Source: Escherichia phage 232Ecol030PP
Reading direction: 5' to 3' (one strand)
DNA: 64,000 nt
Sequence record: PP355090.1
Of the stretch, positions 1 to 9,884 are shown one piece after another; the stretch's first letter is position 1, and each line of letters starts with the position of its first letter. The notes below the pieces were generated by a model. It was not told the origin of the DNA, did no database searches, and was given only the letters and a program-made list of their open reading frames with translations. The position numbers were made by a program, and so were the translations under genes.

Positions 1-650
1 TACATAATTCGCATGTTCACCTTCAAATTTAGCAGCGCCTTGTTTACCTTTTGCCCAAAGCAGAAGTTTATAATTTCCTGGTTGCATTTTCATATTTGCC
101 ATATTGATAATGAAATTAAATGTGTTTTCACCATCATAATCACCAAGAGTCAAAGAATATTTAACACGGGTCAGAGCAGAATCTTCTACTTTATTAAAAC
201 CGTTAATTACGATTTTACCTTCTTTTACTGTGATAGCAATTGTATCAATCTGCAGACCGCGAGATACACGCAACAGCTGTTGAAGGTCTTCAGCTTTAAT
301 TTCGGTAACAACAGATGCTACCGGGAATGGAATTGGTTTATTAGGAGCAACTACTGTACTCGGATCGGCTGCTGGCCAAAAAATTGTTGAACGGGCATCA
401 GCAATTTTAATATTACCATCTTCTGACTGGGAAATTTCTGCATCGTCATTAACTAGAGACAGAATACCGAGAAAACCGTTCAAATCGTAAATTGCTACAT
501 CAAAATCAATAACGTCAGAAATATTTGCTTCCGCGTAAGTTGTACCATTAACTGCGCGAGTCATAATAAATTGACCGGATTTAAGCATAATACCAGAGTT
601 AATAGTAGCGAAATTTTTAAGCAGAGCAGTAGTATCTTTAGACAGTTTCA
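1..650 (-). CDS. 45: sliding clamp (DNA polymerase processivity factor) gp45; last ~10 codons cut by window edge
   Basis: Minus-strand ORF with ATG at 650 (MKLSKDTTALLKNF...) running off position 1; recognised as T4 gp45; middle promoter immediately upstream. Confidence 0.85.
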
Positions 651-680
651 TGTAATTTCCTTCAATTCAAATGAGATTTA

Positions 681-706
681 ATTTTATAACTAATTTAATA
701 AAGCAA
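681..706 (-). promoter_or_regulatory. MotA-dependent middle promoter for gene 45
   Basis: Minus strand reads TTGCTTTA (MotA box, plus 699-706), 12 nt, TAAAAT (plus 681-686), then RBS and ATG at 650. Confidence 0.5.
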
Positions 707-1096
707 TTAACGATTAAAATCAGCAGCAATTGTTTCAGCAACAATTTGAGCAGCAACAATTAGACGTTCATCTGCATTACCGCAATAATCATCTTCAAGG
801 CGTTCACCACATGAAGTCATAATAAATTTGGCACCAGCGTTTAGAGATTCTGCCGTATGTTTGCGCATCAGTTCAATCCATTTATCACTCACTTCACGAT
901 CGATAGCTTCATAATACGCATGACGAGCAGGTGCAGATTTAATTTTATTCTGAATAACTTCCATTGCGTTATCAGAAAGAGACAAAACCCATGCTCGACG
1001 AATTTTATTTTGGTTTTGCGGATTTGATTCAGAACGCACGTGTTTTGGCTGAATATCTTTTACGTCAACAGTATAATTCACAGTAATTTTAGTCAT
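707..1096 (-). CDS. rpbA: RNA polymerase binding protein RpbA
   Basis: 129-aa ORF with ATG start, in the position between 45.2 and 45 as in T4; length matches T4 RpbA. Confidence 0.7.
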   Translation of the reverse strand: MTKITVNYTVDVKDIQPKHVRSESNPQNQNKIRRAWVLSLSDNAMEVIQNKIKSAPARHAYYEAIDREVSDKWIELMRKHTAESLNAGAKFIMTSCGERLEDDYCGNADERLIVAAQIVAETIAADFNR

Positions 1097-1105
1097 AATA
1101 CACCT

Positions 1106-1294
1106 TTAGTCATAATAATCAGTAACAGTCCAAGCTTCATTTCTATTGGACATTATTTTTGTATATTCTGATTTAAATGCATTCCTAAGCATAGATTCAG
1201 TAACTATATGCTCTTCATTAGAAAAATTATTTCTCAGAATATATCGTTTTATTTCAGGAATAGTTAATAGATGCTGTCCAGTTGAATATTCCAT
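1106..1294 (-). CDS. hypothetical protein (45.2 position)
   Basis: Small ORF; second ATG at 1294 preceded by GGAGGAAAAC RBS gives 62 aa, first ATG at 1306 has no RBS. Confidence 0.55.
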   Translation of the reverse strand: MEYSTGQHLLTIPEIKRYILRNNFSNEEHIVTESMLRNAFKSEYTKIMSNRNEAWTVTDYYD

Positions 1295-1348
1295 GTTTTC
1301 CTCCATAGAGATTATACTCTAATAAATTAAAGCATAATCTCTTATAAA

Positions 1349-3031
1349 TTAAACCATTACAGTAAATCGACCAACTTTCTTCATTTGAAGATGCTGACCA
1401 TATTCTTGTGGGTCGTGGTCTTTATGCGAAATTATAAAAACATTAGTATTTTTCATTGAATTTATAATATTAGCTACACCTTTAATACCTTCAGCATCAA
1501 ATGACCCATCAAACACTTCATCAAGAATTAATGTACTAATACTAACACCAGATACGATAGAAGCAATATCACGCCAAGTAAATAAAAGAGCAATATCGAT
1601 TCGTGCTTTTTCACCTTCACTGAATGAAGCATAACTAAAATCTTCACGACCACGGGATTTAATTGTCTCATTAAATTCTTCATCTAATGTAAACACATAA
1701 TCCGCTTCCATTATTTTAAGATAATGGTTAATCTGCTTATTAAATAATGGAATGTACTTTTTAATAATAGCACCTTTAATACCAGAATCTTTGAGCATAT
1801 CAGTCAAAATTCCTCGGTGGTATTTTTCCATTACTAAATTAGTTTTTGTCTTAACAATTTTATCAAGTTCTTCTTGAAGCAGTGCTATTTCATCAGCATG
1901 GTCAATAAACTCAGAAGATGCTTTTTCTATAGCCGCTTTAACTTTTTTAGCTTTATCTACTGCTGCGATCAGAGATTGCTTTTTATTGCGAATATCATTT
2001 GCCAACGACTGTTGGGTTTTAATATTATCTCGGTATTCATCAACAAGAACTTTTAAATTATCACGATGTGTTAAAAGCTGTTCAAACGAATGCGTACATT
2101 CAGAAACTTTATCTTTAATTTTAGAAACAACTTTATCACCTGAACTTAATTGTGACAAGCAGGTTGGACATAATCCGCCTTCGTGATACATATTAATGAC
2201 TTTATTATACGAGTCAATTTTTGATTTAATTAAAACTGCTTCTTGACCGATTTTATTAAATGCATCAGTCGGGTCTTCATCTAAAACAATATTAACTAAT
2301 CTTTCATTAGCTTCTTCTATTTCCGATTTTAGCGTTCTAGCTTCTTTTGCCAAATCATCATACATATTTTGCAGACGAGTAAGGTTGTCACCAGTTAATT
2401 TTTTCTGGCGTTCAACGTTATCATTATATATTTTAATTTGTTGGATAATACTATCTTTTTTAACATCAAGCACTTGGTTCTGCGAATTTAATTCGCGTAT
2501 TAGTGCTTTATTAAGCTTATCCATTTCAGCTAATGTTCCTACCTCAAGCAGGTCTTCCACAAGCTTTCTTCGCGCAGGGGTCGACAAACCCATGAAAGGG
2601 GTATACCCTGCTGTACCAAGGACAACAATCTGCTTGAAACTGGCATATGACATTCCGATAAGCTGTTCAAATTCTGCTTGGAAATCTTTACTGCTGGCAG
2701 ATTCATTAAGACGTGTACCGTTAACGGTGATTTCGAAAACGTTCGGTTTTTGTCCTCTTTTGATATAGTACTTTTTCTCATCATATTCCATCCACAGTTC
2801 AACTAAAAGTTCTTTCTTATTTGTGCTGTTTATTAATTGACCTTTCTTTACATCGCGAAATGGCTTACCAAAAAGCCCAAATGTGATGGCTTCTAACATA
2901 GTAGACTTACCACCGCCATTTCGTCCAGTAATAAGAGTTTTTTGAACCTTATCTAGTTGAATGTCAATAGGATTTCCACCTACTGACATTATATTTTGAT
3001 ACCTAACTCGGTTTAGTTTAAAATTCTTCAC
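1349..3031 (-). CDS. 46: recombination endonuclease subunit gp46 (SbcC/Rad50-like ATPase)
   Basis: 560-aa ORF with Walker A (GRNGGGKST) and coiled-coil middle; GTG start overlapping upstream stop (GTGA); matches T4 gp46 length. Confidence 0.9.
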   Translation of the reverse strand: MKNFKLNRVRYQNIMSVGGNPIDIQLDKVQKTLITGRNGGGKSTMLEAITFGLFGKPFRDVKKGQLINSTNKKELLVELWMEYDEKKYYIKRGQKPNVFEITVNGTRLNESASSKDFQAEFEQLIGMSYASFKQIVVLGTAGYTPFMGLSTPARRKLVEDLLEVGTLAEMDKLNKALIRELNSQNQVLDVKKDSIIQQIKIYNDNVERQKKLTGDNLTRLQNMYDDLAKEARTLKSEIEEANERLVNIVLDEDPTDAFNKIGQEAVLIKSKIDSYNKVINMYHEGGLCPTCLSQLSSGDKVVSKIKDKVSECTHSFEQLLTHRDNLKVLVDEYRDNIKTQQSLANDIRNKKQSLIAAVDKAKKVKAAIEKASSEFIDHADEIALLQEELDKIVKTKTNLVMEKYHRGILTDMLKDSGIKGAIIKKYIPLFNKQINHYLKIMEADYVFTLDEEFNETIKSRGREDFSYASFSEGEKARIDIALLFTWRDIASIVSGVSISTLILDEVFDGSFDAEGIKGVANIINSMKNTNVFIISHKDHDPQEYGQHLQMKKVGRFTVMV

Positions 3032-3291
3032 AAAAGATTCCTTTTAATGTATCTTTTAGACCATTCTATCATATCATCATAATCTAAAAAGTATTCATCA
3101 AATTCAGCCATGCAAACAACGCCTTGTGCTGCTTTTGATGTGATATAAATTATTCCAACATATCTAGAATCTTCTTCGGTGTAATCAATATTTGCTATGA
3201 ATTCATCATTAATGTCAAATGTCGAAAACTTCACAGTATGCATCCTTAATACAAGATACAGCCATATCTTGTAATGATTTAGGTGTGTCAT
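3028..3291 (-). CDS. hypothetical protein (46.1 position)
   Basis: 87-aa ORF, ATG start, overlaps neighbour by 77 nt so the start is uncertain. Confidence 0.4.
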   Translation of the reverse strand: MTHLNHYKIWLYLVLRMHTVKFSTFDINDEFIANIDYTEEDSRYVGIIYITSKAAQGVVCMAEFDEYFLDYDDMIEWSKRYIKRNLL

Positions 3292-3478
3292 TATCTAAAA
3301 TGTTGAAGTTAAAAGATACAGCCCAGTCAGTGCAGACTGTAACCTTTTTAATACAATTATCTTCAACCTCTAACGGTTCAAACCAATATTCAATAATTTC
3401 TTTATGCCCAATATCATCTTTTACTTCGCATTCAAAATGCTGACTCATCATAACATTTTTAAATTCATCAAAAGTCAT
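3215..3478 (-). CDS. hypothetical protein (46.2 position)
   Basis: 87-aa ORF with ATG start, stop overlaps gp47 start region. Confidence 0.5.
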   Translation of the reverse strand: MTFDEFKNVMMSQHFECEVKDDIGHKEIIEYWFEPLEVEDNCIKKVTVCTDWAVSFNFNILDNDTPKSLQDMAVSCIKDAYCEVFDI

Positions 3479-4494
3479 TGTGTTGCCTCTACATATAACT
3501 GATTTGCATATTGAATAAGTGCTTCACGGTCAGAATCAGTGATGTCTGGAATTGCATTAATGTATTCTTCCATCAACGTCTGAAGAGATTGAACTTCAAC
3601 TTCTTCACTGTCATCTGACTCGACAGAGTTATCAATTTTTGACACAACTCGTAATGAATGCACAACTTTTTCTAGTTCAGATTCGAACTTCGTTAGATTT
3701 TTGTCTACTTCAGTTACTATAACACGTACTGATAGATTTGTAAAATCTTTATAGTCAATTTTTCCTTTAAATGGATAATGAATTCTACGATGCCAGGTAG
3801 TGTTGTTTGGAATAAATTCCATTCGTTCTGTTTCTGTATCAAACATCCAGAACCCACGAGGGTCATTCTCGTCACCTGCGGTTAGTGTCCATGGTGTCCC
3901 AATATATCTGACGTTAGCAGCCTCAGAGATAGTATGGAAGTGACCAGACCACACTTCTTTATAAGTCTTAAGGAAATCAGGTTCAAGACCATGAGATTTC
4001 ATTCCTTTATAAAAATAAAATCCGTTCAGTTCCCAGTGACCAACGCAAAAAGAAGCAGATGAAGTTTTGATGTGTTCAAGAATTTCACCAGTATTTTCTT
4101 CACACATCCAAGGAATTAAATCAATTAAACATCCGTCAAAATCTACTGTAGTAGGCTTATCATACACTTTAACATTAGGATATTTAGCCAAAAGCTCAGT
4201 AGAAGCATTTGGAGTTAAAGTATTTTTAAAGTGCATATCATGGTTTCCTACAACAGTATGCAGTGTAATACCAGCATCATCAAGCATTTGAACTATTTCA
4301 CGAGCGAACTCCATAGTTTTATGCGTGATTGCTTTTCGCACATCAAAAATATCGCCGTATTGAATCCATGTAGTAATTCCATTTTTCTTAGAATATTCTA
4401 TTGCTTGTTTAATTCCATCCAACTGAATGGATTGAATCCACTCATCATCAGCTTTAACGCCTAAATGCCAATCACCTAAATTTAAAATTTTCAT
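3475..4494 (-). CDS. 47: recombination endonuclease subunit gp47 (SbcD/Mre11-like phosphoesterase)
   Basis: 339-aa ORF with calcineurin-like phosphoesterase motifs (GDWH, GNHD); matches T4 gp47. Confidence 0.9.
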   Translation of the reverse strand: MKILNLGDWHLGVKADDEWIQSIQLDGIKQAIEYSKKNGITTWIQYGDIFDVRKAITHKTMEFAREIVQMLDDAGITLHTVVGNHDMHFKNTLTPNASTELLAKYPNVKVYDKPTTVDFDGCLIDLIPWMCEENTGEILEHIKTSSASFCVGHWELNGFYFYKGMKSHGLEPDFLKTYKEVWSGHFHTISEAANVRYIGTPWTLTAGDENDPRGFWMFDTETERMEFIPNNTTWHRRIHYPFKGKIDYKDFTNLSVRVIVTEVDKNLTKFESELEKVVHSLRVVSKIDNSVESDDSEEVEVQSLQTLMEEYINAIPDITDSDREALIQYANQLYVEATQ

Positions 4495-4631
4495 ATATCA
4501 AGAACCGTCATTGAAATGCAAAATAAAATTATTGAAATAAACCCATCTGGTGTGCTAAAGAAACCAATCCAGCATGCTCTAGTGAATAGATAAAATGCAA
4601 GAAAAAGTATCACATATCCAAAAAATATCAT
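4491..4631 (-). CDS. small hydrophobic peptide (about 46 aa), putative membrane protein
   Basis: ATG at 4631, stop overlaps gp47 ATG (ATGA); strongly hydrophobic translation; below the ORF-track size cut-off. Confidence 0.3.
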   Translation of the reverse strand: MIFFGYVILFLAFYLFTRACWIGFFSTPDGFISIILFCISMTVLDI

Positions 4632-4670
4632 TATATCAAACTCCGTATAAAGCTAAAGGGCCGAAGCCCT

Positions 4671-5873
4671 TTATTTTGTAATAATGTCAAACTGTTCTTT
4701 AAAGCAGAAGCTTGAATCTTGATGCTGATACAAAAATTCATATGCTTTTTCTCGCTCACGGTCATAAAAAGCTCGGTCAGATGACAGTTCTTTAATACGC
4801 TCGAATGTTGATTCCATATCATTTTCATCAAACCAAATGATACCGCTATCATGCGAGGTCAAAGGAGTATTATCAACACGGAATTTTAAATTTTCGCCAG
4901 TAGATTTCCAAAATACCGGAATTGTTCCACATGCACCAAGCTCGAGATGAGTATATTCTAAAGAACGTTGCAGATATTTTTTATCCAACTTACTCAACTG
5001 ATAACCAAATCCGGATTTACTCATGCGTTCAAGCATTTCGCTATTTACATAACGGTCAAGAATTTGCGTTGGCAAATTAGGAGCAATTTTAATTTGGTCT
5101 ACTTGATGAAGACGATAATACTCGTATGGAATTCCTTTTTCTTTAATAGGAATGAACGCTGGAGAACGTTCCAGACCTTCCATAATAGTACTTAGTCCTG
5201 CAGGTTTAAGATGTTTTTCGTGAAAATCAAACATCTGATAAAAACCTTTCCATGTAGTCGTACGACCAATCCAACGGTTAACATTCATGTTAATTTCAGA
5301 AACATCTTTCCAGTAGGTTGACCGAACCTTCGCAATATCCATAGGAGGCTGAAAGTTATATACTGTCGGTGCTTCTTCAATATCATCAAACAGAGAAACA
5401 GTTTCTGGATACCATTCTTTCATCAGAACTTTATTAAAATCACCATTATCAGAATGACTAAAAATAACATCAGCTCGACGAACAGTTTCTTCTAATCCCA
5501 AATTTCGACGCAAAGAAAGAGAAGAATGGTCATGTTGATAAACTACAACACGAACAGAAGGTTTAATGTTATCAATAATTTTTTTATAGTTATTAATAGT
5601 GTCTTCTTCAACCGAAGTAGCAGGAACTGAATTGATAATTAGAATATCACAATCATTTACCAGCTTAAGTGTTTTATCGTATTCTTTTGCCAATAAAACC
5701 GGAATTGAAAATGATTTATAATCATGCGCACAGTTACGAGTAAATGATTTATCTTTGGCATAAACCAAAGTTACTTCATGACCATTTTTAATAAACCAAT
5801 CACGTTGCTCAAGAGAAAATTTAGTTACACCGCAACCTTCAAGACCTCGAGCCATAAAAATACATACTTTCAT
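4671..5873 (-). CDS. a-gt: DNA alpha-glucosyltransferase
   Basis: 400-aa ORF (MKVCIFMARGLEGCGVTKFSLEQRDWFIKNGHEV...) recognised as T-even alpha-glucosyltransferase. Confidence 0.88.
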   Translation of the reverse strand: MKVCIFMARGLEGCGVTKFSLEQRDWFIKNGHEVTLVYAKDKSFTRNCAHDYKSFSIPVLLAKEYDKTLKLVNDCDILIINSVPATSVEEDTINNYKKIIDNIKPSVRVVVYQHDHSSLSLRRNLGLEETVRRADVIFSHSDNGDFNKVLMKEWYPETVSLFDDIEEAPTVYNFQPPMDIAKVRSTYWKDVSEINMNVNRWIGRTTTWKGFYQMFDFHEKHLKPAGLSTIMEGLERSPAFIPIKEKGIPYEYYRLHQVDQIKIAPNLPTQILDRYVNSEMLERMSKSGFGYQLSKLDKKYLQRSLEYTHLELGACGTIPVFWKSTGENLKFRVDNTPLTSHDSGIIWFDENDMESTFERIKELSSDRAFYDREREKAYEFLYQHQDSSFCFKEQFDIITK

Positions 5874-5887
5874 TTAATATCCTCATT

Positions 5888-5912
5888 GTTTTGGTTTATT
5901 TTACCAAAAATT
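5888..5912 (-). promoter_or_regulatory. MotA-dependent middle promoter upstream of a-gt
   Basis: Minus strand TTGCTTTA box (plus 5905-5912), 11 nt, TAAAAT (plus 5888-5893), 15 nt upstream of a-gt ATG. Confidence 0.45.
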
Positions 5913-6116
5913 TATAAAGCAATATAGGAGCCGAAGCTCCTATCCGCATAATACGCCATACAAAGGCTCATTAGAACTTCTAAATTTTATGCGCTTATAT
6001 GTTATAGTTCCTTCTGCTTTAGCTTTATCATGAGACTTTTTAAAGCGTCTCATCATTTCCTCTTTAGAGGAACGAATTTTATTATAATCTATTTCAGAAG
6101 TCTGGGTGTTCATCTT

Positions 6117-6320
6117 TCACAGTTGCCACCATTTTTTGACTTGATAAGAATCAACCCACACTTTCATATTAGGGTCTGCTCTTACAATAGGAGGATTAAC
6201 TTCTTTAATTGAACTATCATGGTATTCTTTTTCAGAAATTTTCACACAAAGATGACCATTCAAAGATTCAGTAAATCCTGCATTAATTTTAAGACGCTTG
6301 AATTTTACGTGTGTAAGCAT
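6117..6320 (-). CDS. hypothetical protein
   Basis: ORF; track start at 6323 is TTG, first ATG at 6320; overlaps upstream ORF by about 30 nt. Confidence 0.35.
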   Translation of the reverse strand: MLTHVKFKRLKINAGFTESLNGHLCVKISEKEYHDSSIKEVNPPIVRADPNMKVWVDSYQVKKWWQL

Positions 6321-6606
6321 CAATCATATCCTCAATCTGCGATCTAGTAGTCTTCCAAAGAATACTGATGAGTTCATCGTTATATGGCTGTTTCAGAATA
6401 TCCCGACTTTTCTTGATAGCATATTCGTATTGAGCAAAATTATTGTTTTCAGCTGCGATCTGAGCGTGCTTATAAAGACGATTCAGTTCGCGTTTGTTTT
6501 TAGACAATAACTTATTTGCTTTTCTTTCTGCTTCAAGACGGTTCTTTTCTTCAATAGAAGAAATAAGCTTTTCCACTTCATCATTAATTTCGGGTTTATC
6601 AGTCAT
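6289..6606 (-). CDS. hypothetical protein
   Basis: 105-aa ORF with ATG start, charged and coiled-coil-like. Confidence 0.55.
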   Translation of the reverse strand: MTDKPEINDEVEKLISSIEEKNRLEAERKANKLLSKNKRELNRLYKHAQIAAENNNFAQYEYAIKKSRDILKQPYNDELISILWKTTRSQIEDMIDAYTRKIQAS

Positions 6607-6607
6607 A

Positions 6608-6826
6608 TTATTTCTCTAATATAAAATAAAAATCATCATCTGTTAAATGATACCTGTAATTTAATTCTACACCATTAGATTTAAAAGCGGTATCATACGG
6701 ATTTTCTGGATCAATATCAATGTCAAGAGCTAAAACTTCCCTGAGATACATTTTAAGTAAATAGGGAATAGCTTCAACTTCAGGTATTTCTTCCAAGAAT
6801 CCGGAGAGGTTAATCGTTAGCCTCAT
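6608..6826 (-). CDS. hypothetical protein
   Basis: 72-aa ORF with ATG start, tightly packed after gene 55. Confidence 0.5.
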
Positions 6827-7367
6827 ATAAAAAATCCAAACTAGGAGAATCGTCTACAACACTTTTCTTTTCAGCCCCCGGTGTTCTATAGGTTGATTCT
6901 TCGTAATGCGTCATTTTATCGTAGATGTCTTGAATAAAAGTTTCATCTACTAACGCAACCATATCGTCGTCACGGCTGTCATAGACATTGTGAACGAAGT
7001 AACTGTATTTCTTTGCAACTTCCTTACGTTCTTTTTTAATACGTTGGACGAATGCATTAAAACAAGCTTGAGTTATATATGCATGCGGGTTTTTATATTT
7101 CGTTTCATCAAAATTGTGAAGCCCCTTAATAGAAGCTTCTATACCATCTGCAATCATTTCTTGTTTCCAAGACTGGGTGTATCCTGAAAAGTTGAAACGT
7201 TTAGATAAGCCTTCTGCAATAAGCATAATGGCTAATCCGATAGTATCATTCTGACGAACTACTTTATTTGGGTCTTTATTATTTGCTAATTCTGTTTTCC
7301 AATCAATAATAGCTTGTAAAAGCTCTTTATTGTTTACGTAATTATATTTAGGCTTAGTTTCTGACAT
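6810..7367 (-). CDS. 55: late-transcription sigma factor gp55
   Basis: From ATG at 7367 gives 185 aa [23 protein letters not shown]... recognised as T4 gp55; track start at 7373 is GTG. Confidence 0.9.
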
Positions 7368-7445
7368 TTTCACCTCTTAGCTCAATTCATAGATCTATTA
7401 TATCATAATATTTGAAGATCTATCTTAAAGCATAGAGGATATCAG

Positions 7446-7715
7446 TTATCTAAGTAAACAGTATGCTTGGAACACTTTTTCCATCATCTTTTTAAATTCA
7501 TGAATATCTATGTAATGACTAGTTAAATCAGCATGATATAAAAAGTCTAAAAACTTTTCATGTGTACTAACATATTCACTTTCATTTAATTCAGAAACAT
7601 GGCTTTCCCAATATCCAACACCAGTCTTATTTGGGAAAAATGAAATTTTCATGTATTTGTCAACATAGAAAATGCCATAATTTTCAATAGTAATAGAAAT
7701 ATTAATAAATTTCAT
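7446..7715 (-). CDS. hypothetical protein
   Basis: 89-aa ORF, ATG start. Confidence 0.5.
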   Translation of the reverse strand: MKFINISITIENYGIFYVDKYMKISFFPNKTGVGYWESHVSELNESEYVSTHEKFLDFLYHADLTSHYIDIHEFKKMMEKVFQAYCLLR

Positions 7716-7927
7716 ACATTCATCAACTTAGCCGCTTCAAGAGCTGCATCTAGTGAATCAAATTGATCAACATATTCAATCAATTCGCCATAATTAGCAT
7801 ATAACCACCATTGGCTAAATTCATACTCAAGGATGAATCCGTTTCCTTCAATTTGAGTTAAACCAATGCCATTTGTATTTACTTCATACCCAGCAAGACG
7901 TAAATCGTTAATAAGAGCTTCGTTCAT
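7712..7927 (-). CDS. hypothetical protein
   Basis: 71-aa ORF, ATG start, 4-nt overlap with neighbour. Confidence 0.5.
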   Translation of the reverse strand: MNEALINDLRLAGYEVNTNGIGLTQIEGNGFILEYEFSQWWLYANYGELIEYVDQFDSLDAALEAAKLMNV

Positions 7928-7929
7928 AA

Positions 7930-8256
7930 TTATACCTTAGTAATTTTCAGGTCTGCAAATTTTTTCTTGCGTTGATTTTTCATGCGACGAATAGTTTTAT
8001 CGGAAATTTCATGCTTTTGATAAGCTTTAGATTCTACACCAAAAGCTTTAACATCAAATTCTGACAAGATATATTGAACCAACAATTCACGGACAGTATT
8101 GCGTCCAATCTTCTGATCATTCTGTTTCATCGTCTGATGAAGCTCTTTTTCCCATTTATCCAAAATTTGAGGAGTTACAATATCGCCTTTTTCTAGCAAA
8201 GAAACTACTTTATCATATGCGTAAGAATTAATGACGTTTTTAATTTGAATAGTCAT
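7930..8256 (-). CDS. hypothetical protein
   Basis: 108-aa ORF, ATG start. Confidence 0.55.
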   Translation of the reverse strand: MTIQIKNVINSYAYDKVVSLLEKGDIVTPQILDKWEKELHQTMKQNDQKIGRNTVRELLVQYILSEFDVKAFGVESKAYQKHEISDKTIRRMKNQRKKKFADLKITKV

Positions 8257-8291
8257 ACATTATCCTCAATTACGTTAAAATTTTATTATCC

Positions 8292-8310
8292 AAAAAGGGC
8301 CGAAGCCCTT
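8292..8310 (-). terminator. hairpin plus U-run, putative intrinsic terminator
   Basis: Plus aaaaagggccgaagccctt; on minus strand GC stem with TTCG loop followed by T-run. Confidence 0.45.
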
Positions 8311-8509
8311 AGCTAAACTTTTTGGCACCCTTCCAGCCTTCGTACATCATTGCGACTGACAATGACAAAGCTCCTTCACATGCTGCATACTTATTATTCC
8401 AGAACCAATTTAGAAAAACTTCATCCTCAATACCATTGTGTTTCATGTTCTGGAAAAATTTGGCGCGTTCTTCAGCAATTCGCTGCGATAATTTAGATTC
8501 AGGATTCAT
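8309..8509 (-). CDS. hypothetical protein
   Basis: 66-aa ORF, ATG start. Confidence 0.5.
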   Translation of the reverse strand: MNPESKLSQRIAEERAKFFQNMKHNGIEDEVFLNWFWNNKYAACEGALSLSVAMMYEGWKGAKKFS

Positions 8510-8641
8510 TTAAATTTCCCAATTGCCATTTTCATCAATAAATTTAATCCAGTCATTTACTGACCACTTAGTTGTATCGCCTTTTGGAGTAGCATTTAAA
8601 GTATATAGCCCTTGCTTAAAAAGCATTCGTTTGATATTCAT
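8510..8641 (-). CDS. hypothetical small protein
   Basis: First ATG with GAGGAAAAT RBS at 8641 (43 aa); track start at 8725 is TTG and would overlap upstream gene by 77 nt. Confidence 0.4.
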   Translation of the reverse strand: MNIKRMLFKQGLYTLNATPKGDTTKWSVNDWIKFIDENGNWEI

Positions 8642-8648
8642 ATTTTCC

Positions 8649-8942
8649 TCAGCTGTAACGATAACACTCGTTTGATTTGCGTTTAGCAACTCGTTGAGAA
8701 ATATTATAATCAAAATCATCGTCAATGTAAACTGATTTTTTCAACTTTCTTACTTCACCGCGTAATTGACGATTTAACTCATCTTTAACTTCTGAATCAA
8801 TGCCTTTCATTCTACGCCATTTATCTGAGCGAAAAATGTTTTCAACCATATCTTTATGACTTACACCGTCTGGAGCTTTACGCTTTCCAAAATAGTCATA
8901 ATCACGAACTTTCAAGTCTTTACGACGATACGTTTTACCCAT
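8649..8942 (-). CDS. hypothetical basic protein
   Basis: ATG at 8942 (MGKTYRRKDLKV...); highly basic, 97 aa. Confidence 0.5.
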   Translation of the reverse strand: MGKTYRRKDLKVRDYDYFGKRKAPDGVSHKDMVENIFRSDKWRRMKGIDSEVKDELNRQLRGEVRKLKKSVYIDDDFDYNISQRVAKRKSNECYRYS

Positions 8943-9117
8943 GGAGTTTAATTTCCTTAGCAACTGAACTAAATACAGCACGGTCACAAATCATCTGTTT
9001 ATGTAACTTGAGTATAAGATAATAAACTTCAAAACCGTTTACATAAGTAACACGAACAATATTACCATTAATAAAATAATATTGTCCCTTTTTAATTTCT
9101 TTATCAACCACAACCAT
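8935..9117 (-). CDS. hypothetical protein
   Basis: 60-aa ORF with ATG start downstream of early promoter. Confidence 0.45.
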   Translation of the reverse strand: MVVVDKEIKKGQYYFINGNIVRVTYVNGFEVYYLILKLHKQMICDRAVFSSVAKEIKLHG

Positions 9118-9147
9118 ATCAATTCCTCAAAGGTAATTCATATGTTA

Positions 9148-9177
9148 ATAATACCACGGTTTGAACTTGTTGTAAAC
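9148..9177 (-). promoter_or_regulatory. T4-type early promoter
   Basis: Minus strand GTTTAC (plus 9172-9177), 18 nt, TATTAT; AT-rich UP element upstream. Confidence 0.5.
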
Positions 9178-9275
9178 AACTTTGTGAAAATTATTTTAGG
9201 GAATGATAAGAAGGGAACGATAGCTTAGAATGGTAATATACAGAATGTGAGAAAGAAGGACCCAGAGGGCCCGTC

Positions 9276-9599
9276 TTAGTCTTCTATGATATCTCTATCA
9301 TATCCAAGTGAAATGAGAGTTTCTTTGAAGTGTTTAATGTTCTTTTGTCTAGAATCATTAATGAAAATGACTGGATAACGAATGTTAAGAGATGTGAATC
9401 CAGCGCGTTTAGCAAGAGATACAATCAGCGGACGATCATACTCAATCTTACCGTTATTTGTAAGAACTTTATAGAAAGTAAAAGGAGCATTGAGCTCCTT
9501 TAGAAGTTTTGTAACTGATTGACATCCAGGACAACGACCTACTTCATCTGGAATTCCATAGACTTCAATCTTATTCTTTAAGTTCGAGTTTTGTTCCAC
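9276..9599 (-). CDS. glutaredoxin-like protein (NrdH-like), non-ATG start
   Basis: CPGC redox motif in a glutaredoxin-fold sequence (KIEVYGIPDEVGRCPGCQ...); no in-frame ATG near the N-terminus, GTG at 9599 proposed. Confidence 0.5.
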   Translation of the reverse strand: MEQNSNLKNKIEVYGIPDEVGRCPGCQSVTKLLKELNAPFTFYKVLTNNGKIEYDRPLIVSLAKRAGFTSLNIRYPVIFINDSRQKNIKHFKETLISLGYDRDIIED

Positions 9600-9882
9600 G
9601 AGAAATAATTCCTTGGTAAGCCCAATAAGGAGGATTAACAGAATCCTCACCAGAGTTTTCTTCAGGAAAATAAACCTGGATAACAAATCCAGACGCATCA
9701 AAGGTAAAATAAACCGTAGGCAATTCACCTAACAATTCGGCACGAGCATTAATTTCTTCTAGATCTCGTTCACGTCCAGCCCAAAAACTAGGATTTAGAT
9801 TACATTCGTAAAAATAATAGTCATTACCGAACATATCAAAACCCTTCCAACTCTCTACCACGTACCGCTCAAAACTAATCAT
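9571..9882 (-). CDS. hypothetical protein
   Basis: 103-aa ORF with ATG start. Confidence 0.5.
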   Translation of the reverse strand: MISFERYVVESWKGFDMFGNDYYFYECNLNPSFWAGRERDLEEINARAELLGELPTVYFTFDASGFVIQVYFPEENSGEDSVNPPYWAYQGIISRGTKLELKE

Positions 9883-9884
9883 AA

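Noticed and set aside
13-390. 125-aa plus-strand ORF at the window start
   Set aside because: Lies entirely antisense to the gp45 coding sequence, low-complexity translation, no RBS; shadow ORF.
1874-2768. Plus-strand ORFs 1874-2056, 1986-2186 and 2385-2768
   Set aside because: All are inside and antisense to gene 46; typical spurious antisense frames in AT-rich DNA.
9599-9728. N-terminal extension of the glutaredoxin-like ORF to 150 aa
   Set aside because: The first 43 codons are hydrophobic low-complexity read-through that overlaps the upstream gene in another frame; the glutaredoxin domain starts after 9599.
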